Origin: a bacterium
GTDB taxonomy: Bacteria; Actinomycetota; Actinomycetes; Actinomycetales; Actinomycetaceae
Length of the DNA: 34,927 nucleotides
Assembly (NCBI GenBank): GCA_030544165.1
Contig: JAUNRP010000001.1
Coordinates: forward strand, 1-34,927
Direction of reading: 5' to 3'
Every line of letters begins with the position of its first letter. The stretch's first letter is position 1. The notes under the pieces are model-generated. The model was not told where the DNA came from. It saw only the letters and a program-made list of their open reading frames with translations, and did no database searches. Position numbers and translations under genes: made by a program. Below are positions 27,182-34,927 of this stretch, one piece after another.

Positions 27182-28351
27182 GTGGCAGCTCCGCAGAACT
27201 ACTTGGCCGTCATCAAGGTGGTCGGCATCGGCGGAGGCGGCGTCAACGCCGTCAACCGCATGATCGAGGTGGGCCTCAAGGGCGTCGAGTTCATCGCGGT
27301 GAACACGGACGCGCAGGCACTGCTCATGTCCGATGCGGACGTGAAGCTCGATGTTGGACGTGACCTCACCCGGGGGCTGGGGGCCGGCGCCGATCCCGAG
27401 GTGGGGAAGAAGGCCGCCGAGGACCACGCCGAGGAGATCGAGGAGGTCCTCCGGGGCGCGGACATGGTGTTCGTGACCGCGGGCGAGGGCGGCGGCACCG
27501 GAACGGGTGGTGCGCCCGTCGTGGCACGGATCGCGCGGGAACTGGGGGCCCTCACCATCGGTGTGGTGACCCGTCCCTTCACCTTCGAGGGCCGCCGGCG
27601 CTCCACCCAGGCGGAGAACGGGATCTCCGCGCTGCGCGATGAGGTGGACACCCTGATCGTGATCCCGAACGATCGCCTCCTCTCGATCTCGGACCGCAAC
27701 ATCTCGGTGCTGGACGCCTTCCGCTCCGCCGACCAGGTCCTGCTCTCCGGTGTCCAGGGCATCACGGACCTGATCACCACCCCGGGCCTCATCAACCTCG
27801 ACTTCGCGGATGTGAAGTCCGTGATGAAGGACGCCGGGAGCGCACTCATGGGGATCGGTTCGGCCCGCGGGGAGGGCCGCAGCGTGGAGGCGGCCGAGCT
27901 GGCCATCTCCTCACCCCTCCTCGAGGCCTCGATCGACGGCGCCCACGGTGTGCTGCTCTCGATCCAGGGCGGCAGCGACCTCGGACTGTTCGAGATCCAC
28001 GAGGCCGCCCGCCTCGTCCAGGAGGCCGCGCACCCGGAGGCCAACATCATCTTCGGTGCCGTGATCGACGACGCGCTCGGCGACGAGGTCCGCGTCACCG
28101 TGATCGCCGCCGGTTTCGATCCCCAGGAGCAGCGGCAGGCGGCGCCCCGGCCCGCCATCGGCACGATGGACATCCCCGCCCAGCAGCCCGAGCCCGCGGC
28201 GCCCGCCCCCTCACCCGCGGAGCCGAGCCCGGCCAGCCCGCCGTCCCCGGCAGAGCCCGCCCGCCAGGAGACCTTCGAGATTCCCCGGGTGTTCGATGAG
28301 CGCCCCCGCGGCCGCGCGGACGAGGTGGACATCCCCGATTTCCTGAAGTAG
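27182..28351 (+). CDS. ftsZ: Cell division GTPase FtsZ
   Basis: (V)[43 protein letters not shown] and the C-terminal peptide DIPDFLK. GTG 27182 is preceded by GAGAGGGA. The track start at TTG 27152 is probably too early. Confidence 0.97.
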   Translation: MAAPQNYLAVIKVVGIGGGGVNAVNRMIEVGLKGVEFIAVNTDAQALLMSDADVKLDVGRDLTRGLGAGADPEVGKKAAEDHAEEIEEVLRGADMVFVTAGEGGGTGTGGAPVVARIARELGALTIGVVTRPFTFEGRRRSTQAENGISALRDEVDTLIVIPNDRLLSISDRNISVLDAFRSADQVLLSGVQGITDLITTPGLINLDFADVKSVMKDAGSALMGIGSARGEGRSVEAAELAISSPLLEASIDGAHGVLLSIQGGSDLGLFEIHEAARLVQEAAHPEANIIFGAVIDDALGDEVRVTVIAAGFDPQEQRQAAPRPAIGTMDIPAQQPEPAAPAPSPAEPSPASPPSPAEPARQETFEIPRVFDERPRGRADEVDIPDFLK

Positions 28352-28358
28352 CAGCCCC

Positions 28359-29126
28359 GTGCTGGTCCTCCCACTCTCCCCCGGAGCGCGTGCGGTCTTC
28401 ACCACGCGTTCCGGGGGAGTATCCATTGCGCCCTACGGTGATACCGACGGCGGAGGCGGGCTGAACCTCGGGGGCCACGTGGGTGATACGGCCGCCGCCG
28501 TGGAAGAGAACCGCCGCCGGCTCTCCTCCACCCTCTCGGCCACCCTGAAGTGGATGGACCAGGTCCACGGAGATGAGGTGCGCGTCCTCGAAGCCCCGAG
28601 CGGGCACAGTTCGGTGGGCGTGGTGGATGGGCTGGTGCTCGGCCCGCGAATGCCCGCCCACGCGCCGGGCGTCCTGGTGGCCGACTGCGTGCCGGTGCTG
28701 CTGGCCTCGGAGTCGGGGACGTACCGCGGCGCGGTCCACGTGGGGCGGGCGGGCCTCTTCCGGGGAATCCTGCCCCGCGCCGTCGAGACGGTTGCGGGCC
28801 TCTCTGGTGAGCCGGTCCACGTGGTGACCGGGCCGCACATCTGCGGAGCGTGCTACGAGGTCTCCGAGGAGCTCGCGAGCCAGGCGGAGCCGCTCGGAGC
28901 GGGCGCCGCCACTCGCTGGGGGACGCCCTCGATCAACCTGCTCGCGGGGATCAGGCGGCAACTCGCAGGAGTCTTTCTCCTCGAGGCGGGAGTGTGCACG
29001 CTGGAGGACGATCGGTTCTTCTCCTACCGCCGGGACGGCGTGACGGGCCGGTGCGCAGGAATCACGCTCGGGGGCGCATCGGACACGCCGATGGACCTCC
29101 CCGGGGCGCAAAGTTCGCGCCGATAG
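28359..29126 (+). CDS. pgeF: PgeF/YfiH-family (DUF152, laccase-domain) peptidoglycan editing factor / purine nucleoside enzyme
   Basis: FTTRSGGVS, DQVHG, VADCVPVLL, HVGRAG, CGACYEV, FSYRRDG. GTG 28359 lies 7 nt after the ftsZ stop. Confidence 0.85.
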   Translation: MLVLPLSPGARAVFTTRSGGVSIAPYGDTDGGGGLNLGGHVGDTAAAVEENRRRLSSTLSATLKWMDQVHGDEVRVLEAPSGHSSVGVVDGLVLGPRMPAHAPGVLVADCVPVLLASESGTYRGAVHVGRAGLFRGILPRAVETVAGLSGEPVHVVTGPHICGACYEVSEELASQAEPLGAGAATRWGTPSINLLAGIRRQLAGVFLLEAGVCTLEDDRFFSYRRDGVTGRCAGITLGGASDTPMDLPGAQSSRR

Positions 29127-29159
29127 CCTTCGAGGCAATACCGAACTGAGGAGCGGACC

Positions 29160-29600
29160 ATGGCGGGAGCCTTGCGGAAGACGATGCAGTACCTCGGGTT
29201 CGCCGGGCAGAACCCGGAGGACGAGGACTACACCCACGAGTACGACGGGGGTTATGACGTGGAAGAGATTGCACCCTCCCGGGTCCTGACGGCCGTGCCG
29301 CGCACCTCGGAGCCCGAGCTCTCGCGCATCGTGACCGTGCACCCCGCCACCTACAACGAGGCCCGTGAGATCGGAGAGGCGTTCCGGGACGGAATCCCCG
29401 TGATCCTCAACCTCACCGGCATGAGCGAGCCGGATGCCAAGCGCATGGTGGACTTCGCCGCCGGCCTCGTGTTCGGGCTCCGCGGCGGGATCGAGCGGGT
29501 GACCAACCGGGTCTTCCTGCTCTCTCCCGAGTCCGTCCACGTGGAGAGCGAGGCCGCCCGCGAGGACGAGGGTCCGGGGCGTTTCTTCAACCAGGCCTGA
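29160..29600 (+). CDS. sepF: Cell division protein SepF
   Basis: MAGALRKTMQYLGF..., then the core IVTVHPATYNEAREIGEAFRDGIPVILNLTGM...AKRMVDFAAGLVFGLRGGIERV. ATG follows GAGGAG. Confidence 0.9.
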   Translation: MAGALRKTMQYLGFAGQNPEDEDYTHEYDGGYDVEEIAPSRVLTAVPRTSEPELSRIVTVHPATYNEAREIGEAFRDGIPVILNLTGMSEPDAKRMVDFAAGLVFGLRGGIERVTNRVFLLSPESVHVESEAAREDEGPGRFFNQA

Positions 29601-29619
29601 CCCACCTAGGCTGGGCTGA

Positions 29620-29919
29620 ATGAGCCTCCTCCTTCAGGTCCTGGCGTTCCTCCTCACCGTCTACCTCGTGGCGCTGCTCGGGCGCATCGTCTTCGAGTGG
29701 ATCCAGGTCTTCGCCCGCTCGTGGCGTCCTGCCGGGATGGTGCTGGTGGTGGCCAACATCGTCTACGGATTCACGGATCCTCCCCTGAACTTCCTGCGCC
29801 GCTGGATCAAACCGCTCCGGATCGGAGAGATCAGCCTCGATCTGGCGTTCCTCGTGATCTTCCTGGTGGTGTGGTTCGGTCAGGCACTTTTGCTCAACGC
29901 GGCATGGGCGCTCAGGTGA
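29620..29919 (+). CDS. yggT: YggT/YlmG-family membrane protein
   Basis: 99 aa with two TM segments and the FTDPPLNFLRRWIKP motif. Holds the conserved position between sepF and divIVA. Confidence 0.85.
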   Translation: MSLLLQVLAFLLTVYLVALLGRIVFEWIQVFARSWRPAGMVLVVANIVYGFTDPPLNFLRRWIKPLRIGEISLDLAFLVIFLVVWFGQALLLNAAWALR

Positions 29920-29998
29920 GCCGCCAGTTTTCAGGTATCGTGAACCCAGCGTGAGCACCCCCTTTGCGCTCACACCCGAGAAAGAACGAGGAGAACAC

Positions 29999-30655
29999 AT
30001 GGCGCTGCTGAGTGCAGACGACGTCCTCAACAAGAGGTTCCAGCCAACCAAGTTCCGTGAGGGCTACGACCAGGACGAGGTCGATGACTTCCTGGACGAG
30101 GTGGTCAACACCCTGCGCGCCGTGTACGCAGAGAACGAGGAGTTGAAGGCCAAGGTCGAGGCCGCAGAGGAGCGCGTCTCCGAGCTCTCCCGCGCAGGTT
30201 CGGCGGCGTCCGCCCCCTCGGCCGAGGGTGAGCCGCAGGCCGCACCGGAGCCCGAGACCGCACTGGAGCCGGAGCCCGAGGCCGCTCCCGAGCCCGAGGT
30301 CTCCCAGTTCGCCGCCGCGCCCCAGCAGGCGCCGGCCGCCCAGGGTGGTGCCGAGTCCGCGGCGGGCATGCTCGCCCTCGCGCAGCGCCTCCACGATGAG
30401 TACGTGGCCAACGGCCGCGAGGAGGCCGACCGCCTCGTGGCGGACGCCCGCACCAGCGGCGAGACGATCGTGCGTGAGGCGGAGGCAACCCGCGAGCAGA
30501 CGCTGAACCAGCTCGAGCAGGAGCGCAGCGCCCTCGAGCACAAGATCGATGAGCTCCGCGTGTTCGAGCGCGAGTACCGTGGCCGCCTCAAGAGCTACCT
30601 CGAGGGGCTGCTCGCGGACGTGGACCAGCGCGGCAACATCAGCGGCGACGCCTGA
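29999..30655 (+). CDS. divIVA: DivIVA/Wag31 polar growth and division protein
   Basis: MALLSADDVLNKRFQPTKFREGYDQDEVDDFLDEV followed by coiled coils split by a Pro/Glu/Ala-rich linker. ATG 29999 follows GAGGAG. The track start at GTG 29951 is over-extended. Confidence 0.9.
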   Translation: MALLSADDVLNKRFQPTKFREGYDQDEVDDFLDEVVNTLRAVYAENEELKAKVEAAEERVSELSRAGSAASAPSAEGEPQAAPEPETALEPEPEAAPEPEVSQFAAAPQQAPAAQGGAESAAGMLALAQRLHDEYVANGREEADRLVADARTSGETIVREAEATREQTLNQLEQERSALEHKIDELRVFEREYRGRLKSYLEGLLADVDQRGNISGDA

Positions 30656-30664
30656 GTAGTGACC

Positions 30665-30705
30665 ATGTGGGCGGCGGTACTCGCGACGGGTACCGCCGCC
30701 CACAT
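30665..30705 (+). terminator. Perfect 16-bp-stem hairpin after divIVA (terminator-like, no U-tract)
   Basis: ATGTGGGCGGCGGTAC (30665-30680), loop TCGCGACGG, GTACCGCCGCCCACAT (30690-30705). Starts 10 nt after the divIVA stop and ends 17 nt before the lspA ATG. Confidence 0.55.
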
Positions 30706-30722
30706 CTCGTGAGCGAGGATTG

Positions 30723-31409
30723 ATGGGGCGGCACGCGGCAGAGTTGACGGCGGAGGGAGCCGAGCTCGAGCGGCGCGCCTCCACCTCCCGGCGCGATCGG
30801 GGACTCATCGCACTCTTGTTCGGCCTCGCGGTGGTGGTGGTCCTCATCGACCAGATCACCAAGCAGTGGGCGCTCGGGAACCTCTCGGAGACCACGGCGC
30901 GTCCCTTCATCGGTGACCTCATCTCCTTCCAGCTCACCTTCAACCCGGGCGCAGCGTTCGGGATCGCGAGCGGCACCACCTGGATCTTCACCCTCATCGC
31001 CGTGGTGGTGGCGGTGGTGGTGATCCGTCTGTCCCGGCACATCGGCTCGCTGGCGTGGACGATCTGCCTCGGGCTGCTGCTCGGCGGGGCCATCGGCAAC
31101 CTGATCGACCGGCTCTTCCGCGATCCGGGATTCCCCGAGGGCCACGTGGTGGACTTCATCAACTACGCGGGCCGATTCATCGGCAACGTGGCAGACATCG
31201 CAATTGTGGGGGCCGCAATCGGGATCGCCCTCCTCGCCCTCCTCGGCGTGGACGTGGATGGCTCCCGCACCGAGCGTGGGTCCGAGGAACCCGAGGCGGC
31301 AGACCGCGAACTCGAGACCGACGTGCCCGCAGAGACTGACGAGACCGACGAGACCGCCGCAGGTGCACCCGAGCCGGGGAGCGTCGTCGCCGAGGACGAG
31401 CGTGGCTGA
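30723..31409 (+). CDS. lspA: Lipoprotein signal peptidase II with acidic C-terminal extension
   Basis: [39 protein letters not shown] 30723 chosen; TTG 30720 is the track start. Confidence 0.88.
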   Translation: MGRHAAELTAEGAELERRASTSRRDRGLIALLFGLAVVVVLIDQITKQWALGNLSETTARPFIGDLISFQLTFNPGAAFGIASGTTWIFTLIAVVVAVVVIRLSRHIGSLAWTICLGLLLGGAIGNLIDRLFRDPGFPEGHVVDFINYAGRFIGNVADIAIVGAAIGIALLALLGVDVDGSRTERGSEEPEAADRELETDVPAETDETDETAAGAPEPGSVVAEDERG

Positions 31410-32322
31410 GTCCCGGTACCTCCCGGTGCCCGACGGGCTCGTGGGGGAGCGGGTGGACGCGGCGCTCGCGCGCATGCTGGGGCTCTCGCGCTCCCGTGTG
31501 GCCGAGCTCGCCGAGGCGGGGAACGTGCTCATGAACGGCGCCGCGATCGGGAAGTCGGTGAAGCTCGAGCGGGACGCGGTCCTCGAGGTGACGATCCCGG
31601 AGGAGAGGGTGTTCGAGGTGGAGCCCACCCCGGTGGAGGGCTTCGAGATCGTCTACCAGGACGCGGACGTGATCGTGGTGGACAAGCCGGTGGGGGTGGC
31701 GGCGCACGCCTCGCCGAGCTGGGAGGGACCCACCGTGCTGGGGGCGCTCCTCGCGGCCGGATACCCCATCACCACGTCGGGCGCGGCGGAGCGGCAGGGG
31801 ATCGTGCAGCGGCTCGATGTGGGTACGAGCGGGCTGATGGTGGTGGCGCAGTCGGAGATGGCGTACTCGGTGCTGAAGCAGGCGTTCCGGGACCGCACGC
31901 CGAAGAAGACCTACCACACGCTGGTGCAGGGCCATCCGGACCCCTCGGCCGGCACCATCGATGCTCCGATCGGCAGGCACCCGGGCGCCGACTGGAAGAT
32001 GGCCATCCGGCAGGACGGGCGTCACTCGATCACCCACTACGAGACGCTCGAGATGATGCCGCGGGCCACGCTGCTGAAGGTGGGCCTGGAGACGGGGCGC
32101 ACCCACCAGATTCGTGTCCACATGAGCGCCATCAAGCACCCCTGCGTGGGGGACGTGATGTACGGGGCGGACCCGAAACTGGCCACCCGGCTCGGCCTGA
32201 CCCGGCAGTGGCTGCACGCGGTGGAGCTCTCCTTCACCCACCCCCGCTCCCGTGAGTGGGTCACGTTCACCTCCGAGTACCCGGAGGACCTGGCCCGAGC
32301 GCTGGAGGAGCTGCGCGGATGA
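31402..32322 (+). CDS. rluD: RluA/RluD-family 23S rRNA pseudouridine synthase
   Basis: S4-like N-terminus ([26 protein letters not shown]), [37 protein letters not shown] 31402 overlaps the lspA stop by 8 nt. Confidence 0.88.
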   Translation: MAESRYLPVPDGLVGERVDAALARMLGLSRSRVAELAEAGNVLMNGAAIGKSVKLERDAVLEVTIPEERVFEVEPTPVEGFEIVYQDADVIVVDKPVGVAAHASPSWEGPTVLGALLAAGYPITTSGAAERQGIVQRLDVGTSGLMVVAQSEMAYSVLKQAFRDRTPKKTYHTLVQGHPDPSAGTIDAPIGRHPGADWKMAIRQDGRHSITHYETLEMMPRATLLKVGLETGRTHQIRVHMSAIKHPCVGDVMYGADPKLATRLGLTRQWLHAVELSFTHPRSREWVTFTSEYPEDLARALEELRG

Positions 32323-32804
32323 GGGCCCGCGCCGTGGAGGTGGTGGACGTGGGGGACCGCGCCGGACTCGAGGAGGCGTGGCGCATCCGGTTCGAGGTGT
32401 TCGTGGACGAGCAGCACGTGCCGGTTGAGGAGGAGGTGGACGCGCGCGACGAGGAGCCGGGCACCCTCCACGGACTCGCGTACGTGGACGGCGTTCCCGC
32501 GGGAACGGGTCGGGTGCTCCCGGACGGCATCCCCGGACACGTGCACGTGGGGCGCATGGCCGTGCGCGCGCCCTTCCGCGGCAGCGGGGTGGGGGCGGCT
32601 CTCATGGCGCACCTCGAGGGCGCGGCGCTGGCCGAGTACGGGATTCCCGACGGCGGGGGGCGGCTTTCCGTGGTGGTGACCCTCTCCGCCCAGGAGAGTG
32701 CGATGGGCTTCTACTCCCGTCTCGGCTATGCGGTGGTGAGCGGGGAGCGCTACCTGGACGCGGGTATCTGGCACCAGGACATGGTGCGCACGGTCACGGT
32801 GTGA
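32319..32804 (+). CDS. GNAT-family N-acetyltransferase
   Basis: 161 aa. [37 protein letters not shown] (acetyl-CoA motif A), [11 protein letters not shown] overlap with the rluD stop. Confidence 0.75.
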   Translation: MRARAVEVVDVGDRAGLEEAWRIRFEVFVDEQHVPVEEEVDARDEEPGTLHGLAYVDGVPAGTGRVLPDGIPGHVHVGRMAVRAPFRGSGVGAALMAHLEGAALAEYGIPDGGGRLSVVVTLSAQESAMGFYSRLGYAVVSGERYLDAGIWHQDMVRTVTV

Positions 32805-32901
32805 GGCCGACACGCCGAGACTCGCCCGACACGCGGGGTGACGGCGCGGCGGCAGGTGCGCCTCGTCGTCGGCAACCAGATGCCAACCTAGACTGACCGG
32901 C

Positions 32902-34927
32902 ATGCCTCCCGCGTCCGGCGATTTCGCCCACCTCCACGTCCACACCGAGTACTCGATGCTGGACGGCGCGGCCAAGCTGGACGCGCTGTTCAAGGAGGCG
33001 CAGGCGCTCGGGCAGTCCGCGATCGGCATGACGGACCACGGGTACCTGTTCGGCGCCTACGACTTCTACCGGACGGCGCAGAAGTACGGGGTCAAGCCGA
33101 TCATCGGAGTGGAGGCGTACCTGACGCCGGGCACGTCCCGGCGGGATCGTAGCCGCGTCACGTGGGGTTCGGAGTCCCAGCGGGATGATGATGTCTCCGC
33201 GCGCGGCTCGTACACCCACATGACCATGTGGGCGGAGGACAACGAGGGGCTCGCCAACCTGACCCGCATGAGCTCGCTCGCCTCGCTGGACGGGCAGTGG
33301 GGCAAGTGGCCACGCATGGATCGTGAGCTGCTGCAGACCTACTCGAAGGGGATCATCGCCACCTCGGGCTGCCCCTCCGGGGAGGTGCAGACCCGCCTCC
33401 GGCTCGGCCAGTACGAGGAGGCCCTGCGTGCGGCGGGGGAGTTCCAGGACCTGTTCGGCAAGGACAACTTCTTCATCGAGCTCATGGACCACGGCCTCGA
33501 GATCGAGCGGCGGGTCACCCAGGACCTCCTGAAGATCGCGAAGGCGATCGGCGCGCCGCTCGTGGCCACCAACGATTCGCACTACGTGAGCCCCACGGAC
33601 GTGAACACCCACGCGGCGCTGCTGTGCCTGCAGTCCGGCACCACGCTCTCGGACCCGGACCGCTTCAAGTTCGATTCGGACACGTTCTACATCCGCCCCT
33701 CCCACGAGATGCGCGAGTGGGCGGACGAGTTCGAGGGCGCCGCGGACAACACCCTGCTCATCGCGGAGCGCTGCAACGTCTCCTTCACCACCGCCGCCCA
33801 GGGCGCCAACTACATGCCGCACTTCCCGGTGCCGGAGGGGGAGGACGAGGCCTCCTGGTTCGCCCGCGAGGTGAGCGAGGGCCTCGCGATGCGCTACCCG
33901 GACGGCGTCTCGGAGGAGGTGCGCCTGCGCGCCGAGTACGAGGTGGGCGTCATCAACCAGATGGGCTTCCCCGGCTACTTCCTGGTGGTCTCGGACTACA
34001 TCAAATGGGCCAAGCGGCAGGGGATCCGGGTGGGGCCGGGCCGCGGCTCGGGCGCCGGCTCGATGGTGGCCTACGCCATGGAGATCACGGACATCGATCC
34101 CATCACCCACGGCCTGCTGTTCGAGCGGTTCCTCAACCCCGAGCGCGTCTCCATGCCGGACTTCGACGTGGACTTCGATGATCGCCGCCGTGAGGAGGTG
34201 ATCGACTACGTGATCGAGAAGTACGGCCAGGACCGGATCGCCCAGGTGGTCACGTTCGGCACCCTGAAGCCGAAGGCCGCCCTCAAGGACGCCGCGCGCG
34301 TGCTCGGCCACCCCTACGCGGTGGGGGATGCGCTCACCAAGGCGATGCCGCCGGCGGTCATGGCCAAGGACATCCCGCTGGACAAGCTGTTCGATCCGCA
34401 GCACGAGCGCTACGGCGAGGCCGAGGGCATGCGCCAGATGTACCAGGATCCGGTGAACCAGGAGGTCATCGACCTCGCCACCGGGCTCGAGGGCATCAAG
34501 CGCCAGTGGGGCGTCCACGCGTGTGCGGTCATCATGTCCTCCGCGCCGCTCACGGACGTGATCCCGGTGATGCGCCGCCCCGCGGACGGCGCCATCATCA
34601 CCCAGTACGAGTACCCCCTGTGCGAGGACCTGGGCCTCCTCAAGATGGACTTCCTCGGCCTGCGCAACCTCACGGTGATCACCGATGCGCTCGAGAACAT
34701 CGCGGGCAACGGCAAGGAGGTCCCGGACGTGGACCACCTGCCGCTCGATGACGCCGCCACCTACGAGCTCCTCGCCCGCGGTGACACGCTCGGCGTCTTC
34801 CAGCTCGACGGCGGGGGCCTGCGCACCCTGCTGCGGCAGATGCGCCCGGACAACTTCGAGGACATCTCGGCCACCATCGCGCTCTACCGCCCCGGGCCCA
34901 TGGGGGCGAACTCGCACACCAACTACG
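32902..34927 (+). CDS. dnaE: DNA polymerase III alpha subunit DnaE, N-terminal ~675 aa (3' end outside window)
   Basis: Hand-translated; it is not in the ORF track because there is no stop in the window. [27 protein letters not shown] is the PHP domain. Also [33 protein letters not shown] (catalytic Asp pair) and ALYRPGPMG at the window end. Confidence 0.95.
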   Translation, partial: MPPASGDFAHLHVHTEYSMLDGAAKLDALFKEAQALGQSAIGMTDHGYLFGAYDFYRTAQKYGVKPIIGVEAYLTPGTSRRDRSRVTWGSESQRDDDVSARGSYTHMTMWAEDNEGLANLTRMSSLASLDGQWGKWPRMDRELLQTYSKGIIATSGCPSGEVQTRLRLGQYEEALRAAGEFQDLFGKDNFFIELMDHGLEIERRVTQDLLKIAKAIGAPLVATNDSHYVSPTDVNTHAALLCLQSGTTLSDPDRFKFDSDTFYIRPSHEMREWADEFEGAADNTLLIAERCNVSFTTAAQGANYMPHFPVPEGEDEASWFAREVSEGLAMRYPDGVSEEVRLRAEYEVGVINQMGFPGYFLVVSDYIKWAKRQGIRVGPGRGSGAGSMVAYAMEITDIDPITHGLLFERFLNPERVSMPDFDVDFDDRRREEVIDYVIEKYGQDRIAQVVTFGTLKPKAALKDAARVLGHPYAVGDALTKAMPPAVMAKDIPLDKLFDPQHERYGEAEGMRQMYQDPVNQEVIDLATGLEGIKRQWGVHACAVIMSSAPLTDVIPVMRRPADGAIITQYEYPLCEDLGLLKMDFLGLRNLTVITDALENIAGNGKEVPDVDHLPLDDAATYELLARGDTLGVFQLDGGGLRTLLRQMRPDNFEDISATIALYRPGPMGANSHTNY

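Noticed and set aside
30190-30365. Pro/Glu/Ala-rich low-complexity stretch in divIVA (EGEPQAAPEPETALEPEPEAAPEPEVSQ...). The nucleotide periodicity looked repeat-like.
   Set aside because: It is an in-frame disordered linker between the DivIVA coiled coils, a common and variable feature of actinobacterial Wag31/DivIVA. It is not a DNA-level repeat element. The same applies to the FtsZ C-terminal linker (28120-28290) and the FtsQ N-terminus (26132-26330).
32807-32834. Direct repeat CCGACACGC x2 (32807-32815, 32826-32834) between the GNAT gene and dnaE.
   Set aside because: This is a short GC-rich 9-mer with no promoter-like hexamers or palindromic character around it. It is plausibly chance.
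32794-34917. 707-aa minus-strand ORF, the only long ORF the track offers for the last 2 kb.
   Set aside because: The plus strand in frame 1 from ATG 32902 translates to an unmistakable DnaE (PHP domain [32 protein letters not shown]). It is missing from the track only because it has no stop in the window. The minus ORF is its shadow.
1-34927. Looked for tRNA/rRNA genes, CRISPR repeats, IS inverted repeats or transposases, integrases, toxin-antitoxin pairs and defence-island hallmarks.
   Set aside because: None was found. All intergenic gaps are 250 nt or shorter and are accounted for by promoters, operators or hairpins. Every long ORF has a housekeeping assignment.

Overview
This is a very high-G+C actinobacterial core-chromosome segment (about 70% by eye, strong GC3 periodicity in the real frames). 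I found no tRNA/rRNA genes, CRISPR array, IS/transposase or phage genes, and no convincing novel defence-type system. Gene order: hflX (3' part), a DinG-family Fe-S helicase, then lexA divergent from a LysM/ChiZ-like gene with two SOS boxes, then nrdR. Next come an E. coli-type serA tightly coupled behind a HelD-type helicase, a PAC2-family protein, a UDP-sulfoquinovose-synthase-like gene plus an SqdX/SQD2-like GT4 glycosyltransferase, a spermidine-synthase-like methyltransferase, dinB and a DUF3040 protein. A nearly complete dcw cluster follows: mraZ-rsmH-ftsL-ftsI-murF-mraY-murD-ftsW-murG-murC-ftsQ-ftsZ-pgeF-sepF-yggT-divIVA. The window ends with lspA-rluD, a GNAT gene and the 5' two-thirds of dnaE. 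dnaE is absent from the ORF track because it runs off the window end. Many junctions are ATGA/GTGA overlaps, which implies translational coupling. The most interesting observations are: (1) the cyanobacterial/plant-type sulfolipid gene pair in a non-photosynthetic actinobacterium; (2) an elaborate array of 10-bp-phased GTGGAG (MraZ-box-like) repeats, including an exact 17-bp duplicate, spread over about 250 bp upstream of mraZ; (3) a dcw cluster lacking murE and yggS. The long antisense ORFs in the track are high-GC shadow ORFs. All family assignments rest on motif recognition by eye, not on database searches.
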